Below, piece by piece: positions 8,599-18,341 of a DNA stretch of 64,000 nucleotides (its first letter is position 1; each line of letters opens with the position of its first letter). Location of the stretch: contig CAXSHS010000003.1 in NCBI GenBank assembly GCA_964237325.1, forward strand, positions 280 to 64,279, read 5' to 3'. A program made the translations under genes and the position numbers. The notes under the pieces are model-generated. The model made no database searches and was not told the origin of the DNA. It saw nothing but the letters and a program-made list of their open reading frames with translations. The DNA is from an uncultured Acidobacteriaceae bacterium (lineage in GTDB: Bacteria; Acidobacteriota; Terriglobia; Terriglobales; Acidobacteriaceae).

Positions 8599-9603
8599 AT
8601 GCAACACCGTGTACTTCTTGCTTTAGTTTGCTTTCTTTTAACATCACGTGGATGCTCTGACGCGCAGCCCCAGCCAGTACATTTAACCCATGCAGCCACT
8701 AGCAAGGTACCCGATGTAATCGCCCTCTATGAGGCATGGTTTGGGCAGCCTAACCATATCGCCGTCGGCTACTCATCGGACGACCCTGAAGTGCTTCGAC
8801 ACCAAATCGACAAAGCCAAGCACATGGGTATTTCGGCCTTTGTGCTGGACTGGTATGGGGACCGTGATCCACTTGCCGAACGTAGCTACGCACGTATGCA
8901 GCCGCTTGCAGCCAAGCAGAAGTTCCATGTTGCAATGATCTATAGCGAGACAGATCCAGAAGTCGGTGCCACCGACGAAGTGATCGCAGACTTCACACGC
9001 TTTCACGATACATATCTTTCCGCTGATGCACCCGGGCACGAAGCCTACCTCACCTATGAGGGTCGTCCGATGATCTTTGTGTTTCCCAAAGGAGGTCACA
9101 CGAACTGGGACAAAGTGCGGGCCTCAGTGAACAAGTGGAACCCGGCACCGCTGCTGATCAATGAGAATCTCCCAGGGCAGTATGCTGCGGACTTCGACGG
9201 CTTCTACGCATGGCCGAATCCGGGTCCAAAAGGGTGGTCCGCAGATGGCAGCAATTGGGGTTATGACTACCTCTCCGATTTCTACGGGACGATGACGTCC
9301 AAATATCCCGGCAAGATAATCATTGGGGGCGCGTGGGCGCAGTTCGACGATAGTAAGGCATCCTGGGGGCTCAATCGCCACATGGCGGCGCGCTGCGGCC
9401 AGACGTTCTGGGATACGTTCGGATTCTGGAGGAAGTACGTCGAACCGGACCAGGCCATCCCGTTCATGATGATGCAGACCTGGAACGATTACGAAGAGGG
9501 CTCAGCTATGGAACCCGGCCTTCCCGTTTGCGGAGACGAGAAAGCACCCAAAAATTTCAAGAAGGCGGAGAAGAAGCTTCCCTTGGAAGTCGGTCAATCC
9601 TAA
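8599..9603 (+). CDS. Secreted GH71/GH99-like endo-alpha-glycanase
   Basis: Signal peptide; YEAWFG, GYSSDDPEVLRHQIDKAKHMGISAFVLDWYG, YLTYEGRPMIFVF and the C-terminal TWNDYEEGS catalytic-type motif. Confidence 0.75.
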   Translation: MQHRVLLALVCFLLTSRGCSDAQPQPVHLTHAATSKVPDVIALYEAWFGQPNHIAVGYSSDDPEVLRHQIDKAKHMGISAFVLDWYGDRDPLAERSYARMQPLAAKQKFHVAMIYSETDPEVGATDEVIADFTRFHDTYLSADAPGHEAYLTYEGRPMIFVFPKGGHTNWDKVRASVNKWNPAPLLINENLPGQYAADFDGFYAWPNPGPKGWSADGSNWGYDYLSDFYGTMTSKYPGKIIIGGAWAQFDDSKASWGLNRHMAARCGQTFWDTFGFWRKYVEPDQAIPFMMMQTWNDYEEGSAMEPGLPVCGDEKAPKNFKKAEKKLPLEVGQS

Positions 9604-9639
9604 GATAAAACTCAGCGTAAAAGCTCAATCCAGACCAAC

Positions 9640-10170
9640 CTAGTGCCTGAGTTCAGCCTGAAAAACGCGTACTCGCCAGCGCACCTCAGCAGGCGTCAGC
9701 ACAACAAGGTAATGGGCTTTTACAGTTTGCTTCGCTAGAGCTTTATCCCCCGCGAAAACCTGCTGACTGTACTCGACTGCATCTATGAGCTGAATGGATT
9801 GGCCTTCCGGCGAGTAGAAGGTGAATTGAAGATCATGCGAAAGCACTTGATACTCCGTGCGCATGCCTAGTTTTGTCTGTGCGGCGATAGTTTCAGCGAG
9901 CTTGTCCTGAGCCGTTCCCACGAAGTCCGGTTCGAGCGCAGCAGCCTGATTTCCGCCGAGCGCAATGCGGAGACTTTCCCATGCATGCAGGTAATCGCGC
10001 ACTGCTTCAGCTTCCGTTGATTTTTCAAGAGCGCGTGAGCCTCCAAGCTGAGGCGGCTCCAGTTTCACTAACGGTTCTGCGGATAAGACCTCAGCAACCG
10101 CAGGTTCAGTCGCGCTCGCAGACAGCGGCAAAATCAAACTGATTACGAGAGCGACCCAAAGCACCCTCAT
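9640..10170 (-). CDS. Exported hypothetical protein (possible NTF2/SnoaL-like fold)
   Basis: 176 aa with a signal peptide; ATGA overlap with the upstream gene; ends YLVVLTPAEVRWRVRVFQA. Confidence 0.75.
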   Translation of the reverse strand: MRVLWVALVISLILPLSASATEPAVAEVLSAEPLVKLEPPQLGGSRALEKSTEAEAVRDYLHAWESLRIALGGNQAAALEPDFVGTAQDKLAETIAAQTKLGMRTEYQVLSHDLQFTFYSPEGQSIQLIDAVEYSQQVFAGDKALAKQTVKAHYLVVLTPAEVRWRVRVFQAELRH

Positions 10171-11039
10171 TGACTACCTCCCCATCGAATCTCATTACCC
10201 GCAACAACGCCACTCGCGACGGAAAGCCGCGCACCGTGAACTGCCGGCATCTCCGCATGTGCAGTTCCCTGCTTAAGCGGCGCATCTACGGTGGACTGCA
10301 CACCGTTGTAGGTCTCGGTAAATGTCACAATGGTGCCGTCCGGTACCGAATTGCCGCTGCAGTCCCGAACAGGCGCTGTATCGAGCTGCACTCTATGCCC
10401 ATCCGGGCGTGCGCTCATGATCAACCCGCAAGGGTCTCCGGGAACCTCATCAATCACGCGCGTGCTTGTAATGCCACCTGTTTGCGCTACAAACCGGGCG
10501 CGACCCTCTTTCGGAGTCGAATCCATAGTGGTCCACGCAACGCCGTTGCGGCTCCCAACCGTGCGTGCCTGTAAGGGACTAGTCGGGGTGGAAAGCTGGA
10601 ACGAGATAGATCCCGGTGTGGTTATCAGATTGCGGTACGCGTCAAATATGTAGGCTGTGCCGCTGATACCGCCGTGCACACCAACCGGCAGGCGTGACGG
10701 CCTCGCCAGGAAGCTTAGCGTCTCAGGATGGGAAGCAGGCAGGACATCCAGTGCACCGCTACTGGTAGAGGAGGCAGCAACCAGGATTGCAATGTAGTGT
10801 CCCGCGTTATAGATATCGGCTGCCGAAAACTGGAGAGTTTCGCCCAGCTCCAGGTCACGCCGCAATGCCCCTCCAGGCCCACTGAGGTAAAAGGCAGCTT
10901 TGCCGCTTCCCGATGTAGCAACCGAGAAGGAGCTTCCGGCGACAACGCTGCCGGGAAGGCTTACACCCGGAGCCTGGGCCCATACGGCTATAGACACTGC
11001 CGGCGTAAAGCTTGCGCACCACAGGAGAGCGCGCTTCAC
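10167..11039 (-). CDS. Exported Ig-like (invasin/Big-type) domain protein
   Basis: Signal peptide; two Ig-type motifs (IFDAYRNLI, VRDCSGNSVPDGTIVTF); ATGA overlap with the upstream gene. Confidence 0.75.
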   Translation of the reverse strand: MKRALLWCASFTPAVSIAVWAQAPGVSLPGSVVAGSSFSVATSGSGKAAFYLSGPGGALRRDLELGETLQFSAADIYNAGHYIAILVAASSTSSGALDVLPASHPETLSFLARPSRLPVGVHGGISGTAYIFDAYRNLITTPGSISFQLSTPTSPLQARTVGSRNGVAWTTMDSTPKEGRARFVAQTGGITSTRVIDEVPGDPCGLIMSARPDGHRVQLDTAPVRDCSGNSVPDGTIVTFTETYNGVQSTVDAPLKQGTAHAEMPAVHGARLSVASGVVAGNEIRWGGSQ

Positions 11040-12163
11040 TGGAGATTTCCGGTAGTGTACGTTGCCACCACTGTCCGTTGACTTGCGATTTGCTTTGCAA
11101 GGTCTGCGGGAACGGGGATACGAAAACCGACCGGCGTTTGCGGCTGGAGCGCCCGGTCGGCATACTGACCGGCCACCCAGAGTACCTGGCCGTTCTTGTC
11201 ATAAAAAGTCGAGAGCACGTGAGCCACGTTCACATTCTGGCCGCTCTGATTGGAAAGCTGCCCGGTGAGTGCGGCCTGCGGTGCGGGCGTGAACTGCTGG
11301 TTTTCAATCTCGACTACCGGGTCTGCAGAGGCAGGAACCAGGGTTGAAAACGGCTGCATGCGAATGCTGCCGACTGTTGCAAGGTCCACATCGGGAAAGC
11401 GGATGAAAAATGGTGTGACCTGTTTGGGCAGTAGGGTGTGCGAAATCATGTCGAAGCTGCCGCCGCTTGCAAGCGCGGTGCCGTTCTTAGCTAATAAGAT
11501 TGCATTCACAGATACAAGCGCGGGAATGACATCCTCATTCAGCAATTCGCCCATGACGACAACGCCTTCCGCACGGTTTACCGGATGCATATCGACAATG
11601 CGCACGTGCGGCCCTTCCACTTCGCTCGATCCCCAGTCATCGCCTGTGCCGCCGTGGATCACATCCCAGCGTAGGTAGTTGATGGGAATCACTTGAGGGG
11701 GTACATGCTGCTCCTTGACCAGGGGCCACTCTACAGCCCAGCGATTCTCTTCATGGACGACGTGAAGAGTACGCGTCTCGTCGAAAACGCCTACGACGCT
11801 GGACCAGTGCAGCTTCATCGCAACATCCGCTTCCTGCGCCGACTGATGCAGGGGCTGCACTTCATAGCTTTGTAGCGTCGCATACGTACGCAGGCTCAGG
11901 GCATCACCGGTCAGGTCGCGCACAAACTCCGGCTCTGTAAAGGTGGCTTTGTTACTGAGGCTTGCGTAAGCATTATCCCATGCTCGGAGACTGAGTTGCG
12001 CTCCTAGATTTTCAGCCGCTGCAATTGGTGTCGAAGAAGACTGGATACCGTGCCCGCCTCCGGCGTAGTACACGGCAGACGGCATGGGCCATATGGTCCC
12101 TACTGCTACCAGAACGACCGTTGCAGTTGCAAGGCTTCCTGCGAGAAGTACGCCTTTGGTCAC
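11036..12163 (-). CDS. Membrane-anchored periplasmic protein with FxLYD-like domain(s)
   Basis: Likely start is GTG 12163, overlapping the upstream TGA (GTGA). N-terminal TM, then GELLNED and LTGQLSNQSG...LSTFYDKNG repeats typical of FxLYD domains. The ORF track extends to 12313 only by overlap. Confidence 0.7.
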   Translation of the reverse strand: MTKGVLLAGSLATATVVLVAVGTIWPMPSAVYYAGGGHGIQSSSTPIAAAENLGAQLSLRAWDNAYASLSNKATFTEPEFVRDLTGDALSLRTYATLQSYEVQPLHQSAQEADVAMKLHWSSVVGVFDETRTLHVVHEENRWAVEWPLVKEQHVPPQVIPINYLRWDVIHGGTGDDWGSSEVEGPHVRIVDMHPVNRAEGVVVMGELLNEDVIPALVSVNAILLAKNGTALASGGSFDMISHTLLPKQVTPFFIRFPDVDLATVGSIRMQPFSTLVPASADPVVEIENQQFTPAPQAALTGQLSNQSGQNVNVAHVLSTFYDKNGQVLWVAGQYADRALQPQTPVGFRIPVPADLAKQIASQRTVVATYTTGNLQ

Positions 12164-13905
12164 GAGATCATCCCTCCTGCTACCAGCGTCTGGTCGCTTA
12201 CAGGCGCGTCGTGTACGACAGAGCTGCGCCGTCGGCCGCTTGGGATGCAAACTGCAAAAATCGCAACGAGGCTGCTGCCGAAGGGTAGGGTGCCCCACAA
12301 GAGACCTTGCCATGCGGGCGGATGGAGTGAGGCATTCATCGCCGTAGCCGGCGGCACACCTTCCTTCGCCCAGATGGTGATAGTGCCGTCTTCAAGCGCA
12401 TCCACTTGACGCCAGCCTGCGAAGTGAAGCAACGGATCGTAGTACGGGTCGCGCACGATTACCCACTTTAGACCGTACCGGTCTGCATGTTCCAGAGTCG
12501 CCCGCAGCGATTCCAGACCGCCCAACCCGAAATACTTCGCACTGGTAAGCGCGCCGCCGCCGAACTTTGTGAGTTCCGGCAGTTGTCGGGCTGAGTTTGA
12601 CTCCCCATCGACGCTGTTCGCATCCGTTTCTACTGCCAGCCGCGAGAGCTTATTGCCGAAACCAAGAGTGATGTAGCGGAAGCCGTTGTGACCATCGCGA
12701 TTGAGCCATTGCGCCACGGGGACCACGTCGAAGTTTGCGGCATCGGCAGGCTTGAACGTAGACCAGGACACTCCAAGCCCGCATGTGACAGCCGCCAGGA
12801 TTGCGAGCGGCACTGCTGCCCGAAGCCGGTACCGATCTGTCAGATCCGCTACTAGCAAACCTACGATGGGCAGCGAAAGGAGGGTACCCCAGTAGGAGAA
12901 ACGCTCCATGGTTAAAACTTCAAACGCCCGGCCAAGAACCAAGCTGCCTATAGGCGTTGTGCCGCCGAGCCCGAGCATAAACGCCACCCAAAAACCAAGC
13001 AGCAGCGGCCTGAGCCGCGGAACTACTGAACCTCGCCAAAGAATGAAAGGCAGAGCCAGGATCAAGGCTCCCCATGGAACGACGAAGTAATTCATCGCCC
13101 ACTCGGGACTCAAGATGTAATTTGCGCGACTGGGGTGAGGAATGGGCGTCTGCGTCACCGGGTACTTGATGAGCGCAATCCAGAATGGCAGCAGCACCAC
13201 CGCGATCACAAGTCCCGTTACAAGTGTGATGGCAGCAGTGCGTGCAAGCACGGGTATGACACGCTCCTCGCCTTCGCGGTCCATCAGGGCAAGGGCAACA
13301 ACAGGCAGCGCAAAGAAAACCGCGCCGAAAATGAGAGTGGCATGGTGGGCAGCAGCGGCGGCGGCAAACAGTGCGACGGCTTTGAGAAACGAGCGTCCCC
13401 TACCGTAGCGAAGCCAATCGTAAAAGAAAGGCAGCGCGTTCAGGTAGATGGGTGCCGCAGCGGTCGTTCCAAGCTGGCCTGCGGAGTACACTAGAAAACT
13501 TTCCGACCCAAGCAGGACGCTGGCTAGTGCGGCGTAGGAGGCCGCGCGCGGGCTCACCCAGAGCAGCGCAAAGCGATACGCTCCCAAGGCCAGGAGCAGA
13601 ACTGCTGCGAACTGCACAGCCATGTAGGCCCAGTTCAAGCCGACGATCCATGAGAGAACCGCAATCCACTGCTGCGGCAGGGGCGGATAGGTCGTCTGAG
13701 AGAATCCCGCGAACCACTTCGCGTTCCATGGGTCGAACCAGTGATGAACGTAGTGGGACGCGAAAAATATGTGGAAGTTGGTATCGTAGGACTTGAGAGG
13801 CAACTGCATGGCGAACAGCGGCAAGTGAATGAGGACCGCAACCAGAAGGATGACGCTTAGCGGTAGGGGCCGAGAAGAAGTTGGAATGGACTCAAATCGC
13901 TGCAA
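12160..13905 (-). CDS. GT-C-type polytopic membrane glycosyltransferase (PTPS-related/YfhO-like membrane protein)
   Basis: 581 aa. TM1 is followed by an acidic loop SYDTNFH and WFAGFSQTTYPPL; about 11-13 TMs; ERF motif; C-terminal periplasmic domain plus a final TM. Confidence 0.72.
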   Translation of the reverse strand: MQRFESIPTSSRPLPLSVILLVAVLIHLPLFAMQLPLKSYDTNFHIFFASHYVHHWFDPWNAKWFAGFSQTTYPPLPQQWIAVLSWIVGLNWAYMAVQFAAVLLLALGAYRFALLWVSPRAASYAALASVLLGSESFLVYSAGQLGTTAAAPIYLNALPFFYDWLRYGRGRSFLKAVALFAAAAAAHHATLIFGAVFFALPVVALALMDREGEERVIPVLARTAAITLVTGLVIAVVLLPFWIALIKYPVTQTPIPHPSRANYILSPEWAMNYFVVPWGALILALPFILWRGSVVPRLRPLLLGFWVAFMLGLGGTTPIGSLVLGRAFEVLTMERFSYWGTLLSLPIVGLLVADLTDRYRLRAAVPLAILAAVTCGLGVSWSTFKPADAANFDVVPVAQWLNRDGHNGFRYITLGFGNKLSRLAVETDANSVDGESNSARQLPELTKFGGGALTSAKYFGLGGLESLRATLEHADRYGLKWVIVRDPYYDPLLHFAGWRQVDALEDGTITIWAKEGVPPATAMNASLHPPAWQGLLWGTLPFGSSLVAIFAVCIPSGRRRSSVVHDAPVSDQTLVAGGMIS

Positions 13906-14076
13906 GGTTACCTCTGTGCCGGCTTAAGACATCAAGATGGTTTCAATATCTGGTGCCGCTGTTATTCTGGCAGAAATTTCAAGAACATACACAACAAGGT
14001 TGGGCGAAGGCGCACTGAAAGTAACAACTGCCTGAACCAGAGAGCCTGAAGCTGTACGAAGGTTTGGGAGAGCTGC

Positions 14077-17000
14077 TTGATCGAGAAACCTGCACGAATG
14101 AAGGCTGCTTGCGCGATCGGCATCGCCGCACTCGCCGGCTTTGTGCAGGCGCAAACATTTCAGGTCAGCCCTGACGCCGGAAAAGCTGCCGGACAAAACA
14201 CCGGCACGGCGGTGCAAAAGCCGGGGAACGCGGAACCGCAGCTCGGCTGGGGCTCAAACATCCAGAATGCGCGCCTTGCGCACGCTGCCCAACTCGCGCT
14301 CGACCATGGCGACCATGCTGTAGCACTCGATTATGCGGATCGGGCAGCCAGGGCAGCCCCCAACGATCCGCAACTCTGGTTACTTCTCGGCTATGCGGCT
14401 CGTCTGGACGGTAAGTATGGCCGCGCGGTCGATGCCTACAACCGGGCTCTTCATTTGAGTCCCGGCATTGTGGAAGGTCTCTCAGGGCTTGCGCAAACGT
14501 ACAGCCTGACAGGTCGTGATGAGGAAGCGGAACGCCTGCTCAAGCAGGTTCTGAGTACGAACCCGGGGCGGACCGACGACCTGCTCGTGCTTGGAGGCTT
14601 ATACCTCCGTTCCGCGCGCTACCCTGAAGCAGTCGATATGCTGAACCGGGCGGAGCGCCAGGTCTCAAGCGCACATGCGGAACTTTTACTAGCGCTTGCC
14701 TACGAACACCTGAACCAGCCGCAACAGGCTAGCCGCTTCCTCCAGCTTGCGAAGCAGCGCTCCCCGAATGATCCCGATGTGTCACGCTCGCTTGCCGGCT
14801 TTTACCGCGATGCCGGTGAATACGGCAAAGCCATTGCTGAGCTTGAGGCCATCCACAATCCAAGGCCCGACGTCATCGCCGAACTGGCATACACCTATGG
14901 GATCGACGGCAAACCGGAGGATGCGGCACGGCTCTATGTGCAGGCTGCCGATGCCCTACCTAAAGATTTGGGCCTACAGCTTTCTGCGGCACAGGCACAG
15001 GTTTCAGCCGGTTTCATCGACCGCGCAGAGCCGTTCCTGGTGCGCGCCTCGCGCCTTAGCCCGGAGTTCTACCGGCTGCACGCAATCCGCGGCGAAATTG
15101 CACAATTGGAAGATCGGGACGCAGATGCGGCTGCGGAGTACCGCGGAGCCTTGGCACACCTGCCAGCCTCACCCACGGAAGGCCGGCTATATGGCATCCA
15201 GCTGGCGATGAACCTGGTGGTTCTCTATGGAAATCTTGGAGATACAGACAAAGCGCACCGGCAGTTGGAAGTGGCCCAGACGCAGATCAATGCACTGGAT
15301 GAACACGGGCCCGACCGAGCGGCCTTTCTCCGCCTGCGCGCCTTAGTGAAGATGAACTCCGGACAGAATGAGAGCGCGCTCGCGGACATGGAGACTTCCC
15401 TTGCGCTCACACCCAGAGATCCGAACAGCCTGCAAATTGATGGCGACCTTCTGGTAAAGCTGGGTCGCGCCAATGAAGCGATTGCGGTGTACGGGAAGGT
15501 TCTGGCTATGGACCCGCGCAGCCGTGCTGCTTTGACTTCGCTCGGCTTTGCATCGCGGGTGGCAGGCAACAACGGCGAAGCTGAACGGTACTTTAACTTG
15601 CTTGCCAAAGATTACCCGACCTTATATGCGCCGTATCTGGCACTCGGCGACTTGTATGCCAGCCTCGGCGAGTACAAGAAGGCGCTTTCTGCTTATGCGA
15701 AGGGCTATGGACTGGCACCGGAAAACGCTTCCATCGTGGCCGGTGGGCTGAATGCAGCACTGGAAGCACACGATCTACCGCTGGCTGGAACCTGGGAACA
15801 GCGGGTTACCGGCAAAATGGCGAGTGTGCCGACCGTGATGCGGGAGCAGGAGCGCTACCTGTACTTCACAGACAAGTATCAAGCCTCGGCGGATGTAGGA
15901 CGTAAAGCCATCCAGGTTCTGCCCTCGGATCGAGAAGTGGTTGTATACCTCGGCTATGATCTGCTGCACCTGGAGCAGTATGACGAACTACTTACTCTAG
16001 TGACCAAGTACGAGGATCTCCTGCCGAAAGAGCACGATATCCCGCTGTTGGCCGGGTATGTGTACAAACACAATCAGGAGCCGGAGCTGGCGCTGAGGGA
16101 GTTCAGCGAAGCCTTGCGCCGCGATCCGAATGTAGTGACGGCCTATGTCAATCGAGGCTTCGTTCTTAATGACCTGCATAGGCCCGAAGAGGCAGCGGCA
16201 GACTTCAGGCGAGCTCTTACGTACGAACCTGATAATGGAGAAACGCACCTTGGGCTTGCCTTTGCGGAGCTGAACCTGCACCATCCAGATGCTGCGGTGC
16301 GGGAAACACAACTCGCTGAGAAGGTTCTAGGCGACGCAGAGGCTTTCCATCTGATCCGCGCAACAGCTTATGGCCGCGAGCACCTGCTCGACAAAGCAGC
16401 TCACGAGTATCGCGCCGCTCTTAAGTTCGATCCGAATGACGGCAGCTTATACCTGGGGCTTGGAAATACTCTGTTTGCGCAGAAACACTACCGCCAGGCG
16501 CTTGGACAATTCCAGGAAGCGCAAAGACTGCTGCCGGACAATGCTGAGACCTACGCCATGTCCGCCAGGGTGTACGCGAACCTCGGGGATCGGGAGCAAG
16601 CTCTTCGGGAAATCGCAGTCGCCGAGAAGTATGCGCCGAAAACGCCCTCGATTCCGGGTGAAGCCGGCTCCGGAGAAAGCGGCATTTACGTAGCTACGGG
16701 TGAGGCTTTTAACACCTTGGGAGACGGAAAGAGCGCCATGGACCGGTTTGCCCGGGCGCTCGATGCGCCGGGGAGCGACCGCATTGATGTGCGGCTTGCC
16801 ATTGCCCACCTGATGGCGGCGCAGGATCAGCGTCCTGATGCGGAGCGACAGGTCGCGCTTGCGCAACTGGAAGCTGAAGGGGGAGATACTCCGCCTCCTA
16901 CGGGCGATCAGTATGTAGAAGCAGCTGGAGTCTTCCAGCAGTTGCATGAGTATCCCCTTTCACAGACTTACCTGGATCGTGCAAGTGTGGCAGGTGCCTC

Positions 17001-18333
17001 AGACTCCATAGTGCGTATTGCCCGGGCAAACAACTACCTTGCCCTGGGCGACACAAATCGTGCCGCCGCGGAACTCACTTCGGTAAAGCATGGGGGCGAC
17101 AGCGAGTCCGAGTACAGCTACCTGCTTGCACAGGCCGGCGTATACCAGCAGCAGCATCAGGGTGCCGAGGCAGTGTCTTCCTTTGCTCAGGCGGCGAGTG
17201 CTGCGGGTGAGGACCAAACAGCCGAGCAATCCCTGCTGCTTGCCGGGGCAAGTGAAGGCTATCGCTTCAATCCAAAAGTAAGTCTGATCGGCAACTTCAT
17301 CGTGCAGCCCATCTTCGAAGACAGTACTGTGTATGTCCTTGATTCCAAGCTGAACAGTCCGAATGGCCCTGTGCCGGTCACGGACGTCGCTCAACTTCCC
17401 CTACCGCGCTCCTCGGTGGAAACAGACGCGATAGCCGCGTATCACCTTCATCTGGGTAGCTTGCCGAACCCCGGCGGTTATGTGCAGGTACGCGATGCCC
17501 GTGGCGCGATTTCTATTCCGGCGACAAACTCGGTTGTGAACCGCAACACCATCGACACTTCCCTGAACTTCGGCTTGACACCGAGCGTTCACCTCGGGAC
17601 GAATGCAGTGACTTTCAACACCGGCGTCCAGGGCACTCTGCGTAGAGACACGCGTACACCTGTTGATATCGACCAGAATCTTTTCCGGTTCTACACCTTT
17701 GCTTCCACAACCTCGTTCCTCGATGCAATCTCCGCCACCGGTTACTTCATATACGAGGCTGGACCTTTCACACAACTTTCAGAAAGCTCGCGTCTGCTGG
17801 CAGGCGCAGTGAACTTCCGTGTGGGTGCGCCCTGGTCAAAGACGGCACTCGTTACGGGCTGGGGTGCGACCGACCAGCAGTTCCCATCCACTCAGGTTGG
17901 CTTCCGGGAGAACTACTACACCTCCAGCTACATCGGACTTTCGCGCAGTTTCGGGACGAAACTGAAAGCGGAAGGAATCGTGGAAGACTTACGAGCTTGG
18001 CGCATCGCGCCTTTTTCCCCGATTCGATCCGCAATTGCGCAGGCGCTGCGCCCGGCAGGCACCGTGAATTATGCACTTACGCAGAATTGGAATATCCAGG
18101 CCAACACCAGTTATGAGAGCACCCGCGGCTTCCACGTGTACGACATGACACAGAATGGGGTATCAGTTTCGTATACTCGGCCTTTTAGCAGGACTTTTCA
18201 GAGCGAGAGCGGAGATGTACGTCTTCGATATCCAATTCGGTTTTCAGCAGGCATACAGGAAGAAACATTTCCAAACTTTACTCACGGGACGAATCAGCAG
18301 TTTCGTCCTTTTATGAGTCTTACTCTCTTTTAA
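14077..18333 (+). CDS. Large TPR-repeat protein with a C-terminal outer-membrane beta-barrel (PelB/BcsC/PgaA-like export architecture)
   Basis: Signal peptide (alternative start ATG 14098); about 1050 aa of TPR repeats; final ~360 aa of amphipathic beta-strands ending in Phe (PFMSLTLF). Confidence 0.8.
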   Translation: MIEKPARMKAACAIGIAALAGFVQAQTFQVSPDAGKAAGQNTGTAVQKPGNAEPQLGWGSNIQNARLAHAAQLALDHGDHAVALDYADRAARAAPNDPQLWLLLGYAARLDGKYGRAVDAYNRALHLSPGIVEGLSGLAQTYSLTGRDEEAERLLKQVLSTNPGRTDDLLVLGGLYLRSARYPEAVDMLNRAERQVSSAHAELLLALAYEHLNQPQQASRFLQLAKQRSPNDPDVSRSLAGFYRDAGEYGKAIAELEAIHNPRPDVIAELAYTYGIDGKPEDAARLYVQAADALPKDLGLQLSAAQAQVSAGFIDRAEPFLVRASRLSPEFYRLHAIRGEIAQLEDRDADAAAEYRGALAHLPASPTEGRLYGIQLAMNLVVLYGNLGDTDKAHRQLEVAQTQINALDEHGPDRAAFLRLRALVKMNSGQNESALADMETSLALTPRDPNSLQIDGDLLVKLGRANEAIAVYGKVLAMDPRSRAALTSLGFASRVAGNNGEAERYFNLLAKDYPTLYAPYLALGDLYASLGEYKKALSAYAKGYGLAPENASIVAGGLNAALEAHDLPLAGTWEQRVTGKMASVPTVMREQERYLYFTDKYQASADVGRKAIQVLPSDREVVVYLGYDLLHLEQYDELLTLVTKYEDLLPKEHDIPLLAGYVYKHNQEPELALREFSEALRRDPNVVTAYVNRGFVLNDLHRPEEAAADFRRALTYEPDNGETHLGLAFAELNLHHPDAAVRETQLAEKVLGDAEAFHLIRATAYGREHLLDKAAHEYRAALKFDPNDGSLYLGLGNTLFAQKHYRQALGQFQEAQRLLPDNAETYAMSARVYANLGDREQALREIAVAEKYAPKTPSIPGEAGSGESGIYVATGEAFNTLGDGKSAMDRFARALDAPGSDRIDVRLAIAHLMAAQDQRPDAERQVALAQLEAEGGDTPPPTGDQYVEAAGVFQQLHEYPLSQTYLDRASVAGASDSIVRIARANNYLALGDTNRAAAELTSVKHGGDSESEYSYLLAQAGVYQQQHQGAEAVSSFAQAASAAGEDQTAEQSLLLAGASEGYRFNPKVSLIGNFIVQPIFEDSTVYVLDSKLNSPNGPVPVTDVAQLPLPRSSVETDAIAAYHLHLGSLPNPGGYVQVRDARGAISIPATNSVVNRNTIDTSLNFGLTPSVHLGTNAVTFNTGVQGTLRRDTRTPVDIDQNLFRFYTFASTTSFLDAISATGYFIYEAGPFTQLSESSRLLAGAVNFRVGAPWSKTALVTGWGATDQQFPSTQVGFRENYYTSSYIGLSRSFGTKLKAEGIVEDLRAWRIAPFSPIRSAIAQALRPAGTVNYALTQNWNIQANTSYESTRGFHVYDMTQNGVSVSYTRPFSRTFQSESGDVRLRYPIRFSAGIQEETFPNFTHGTNQQFRPFMSLTLF

Positions 18334-18341
18334 GGGGAACC

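Noticed and set aside
12164-12313. N-terminal extension of the ORF 11036-12313
   Set aside because: It overlaps the GT-C gene by 150 bp; the GTG at 12163 gives a coupled start and an N-terminal TM.
13903-13913. Shared AGGTAAC just upstream of three cluster genes (GH71/99, GT-C, DUF5666-like)
   Set aside because: Position and sequence are adequately explained as Shine-Dalgarno (AGGT) sites.
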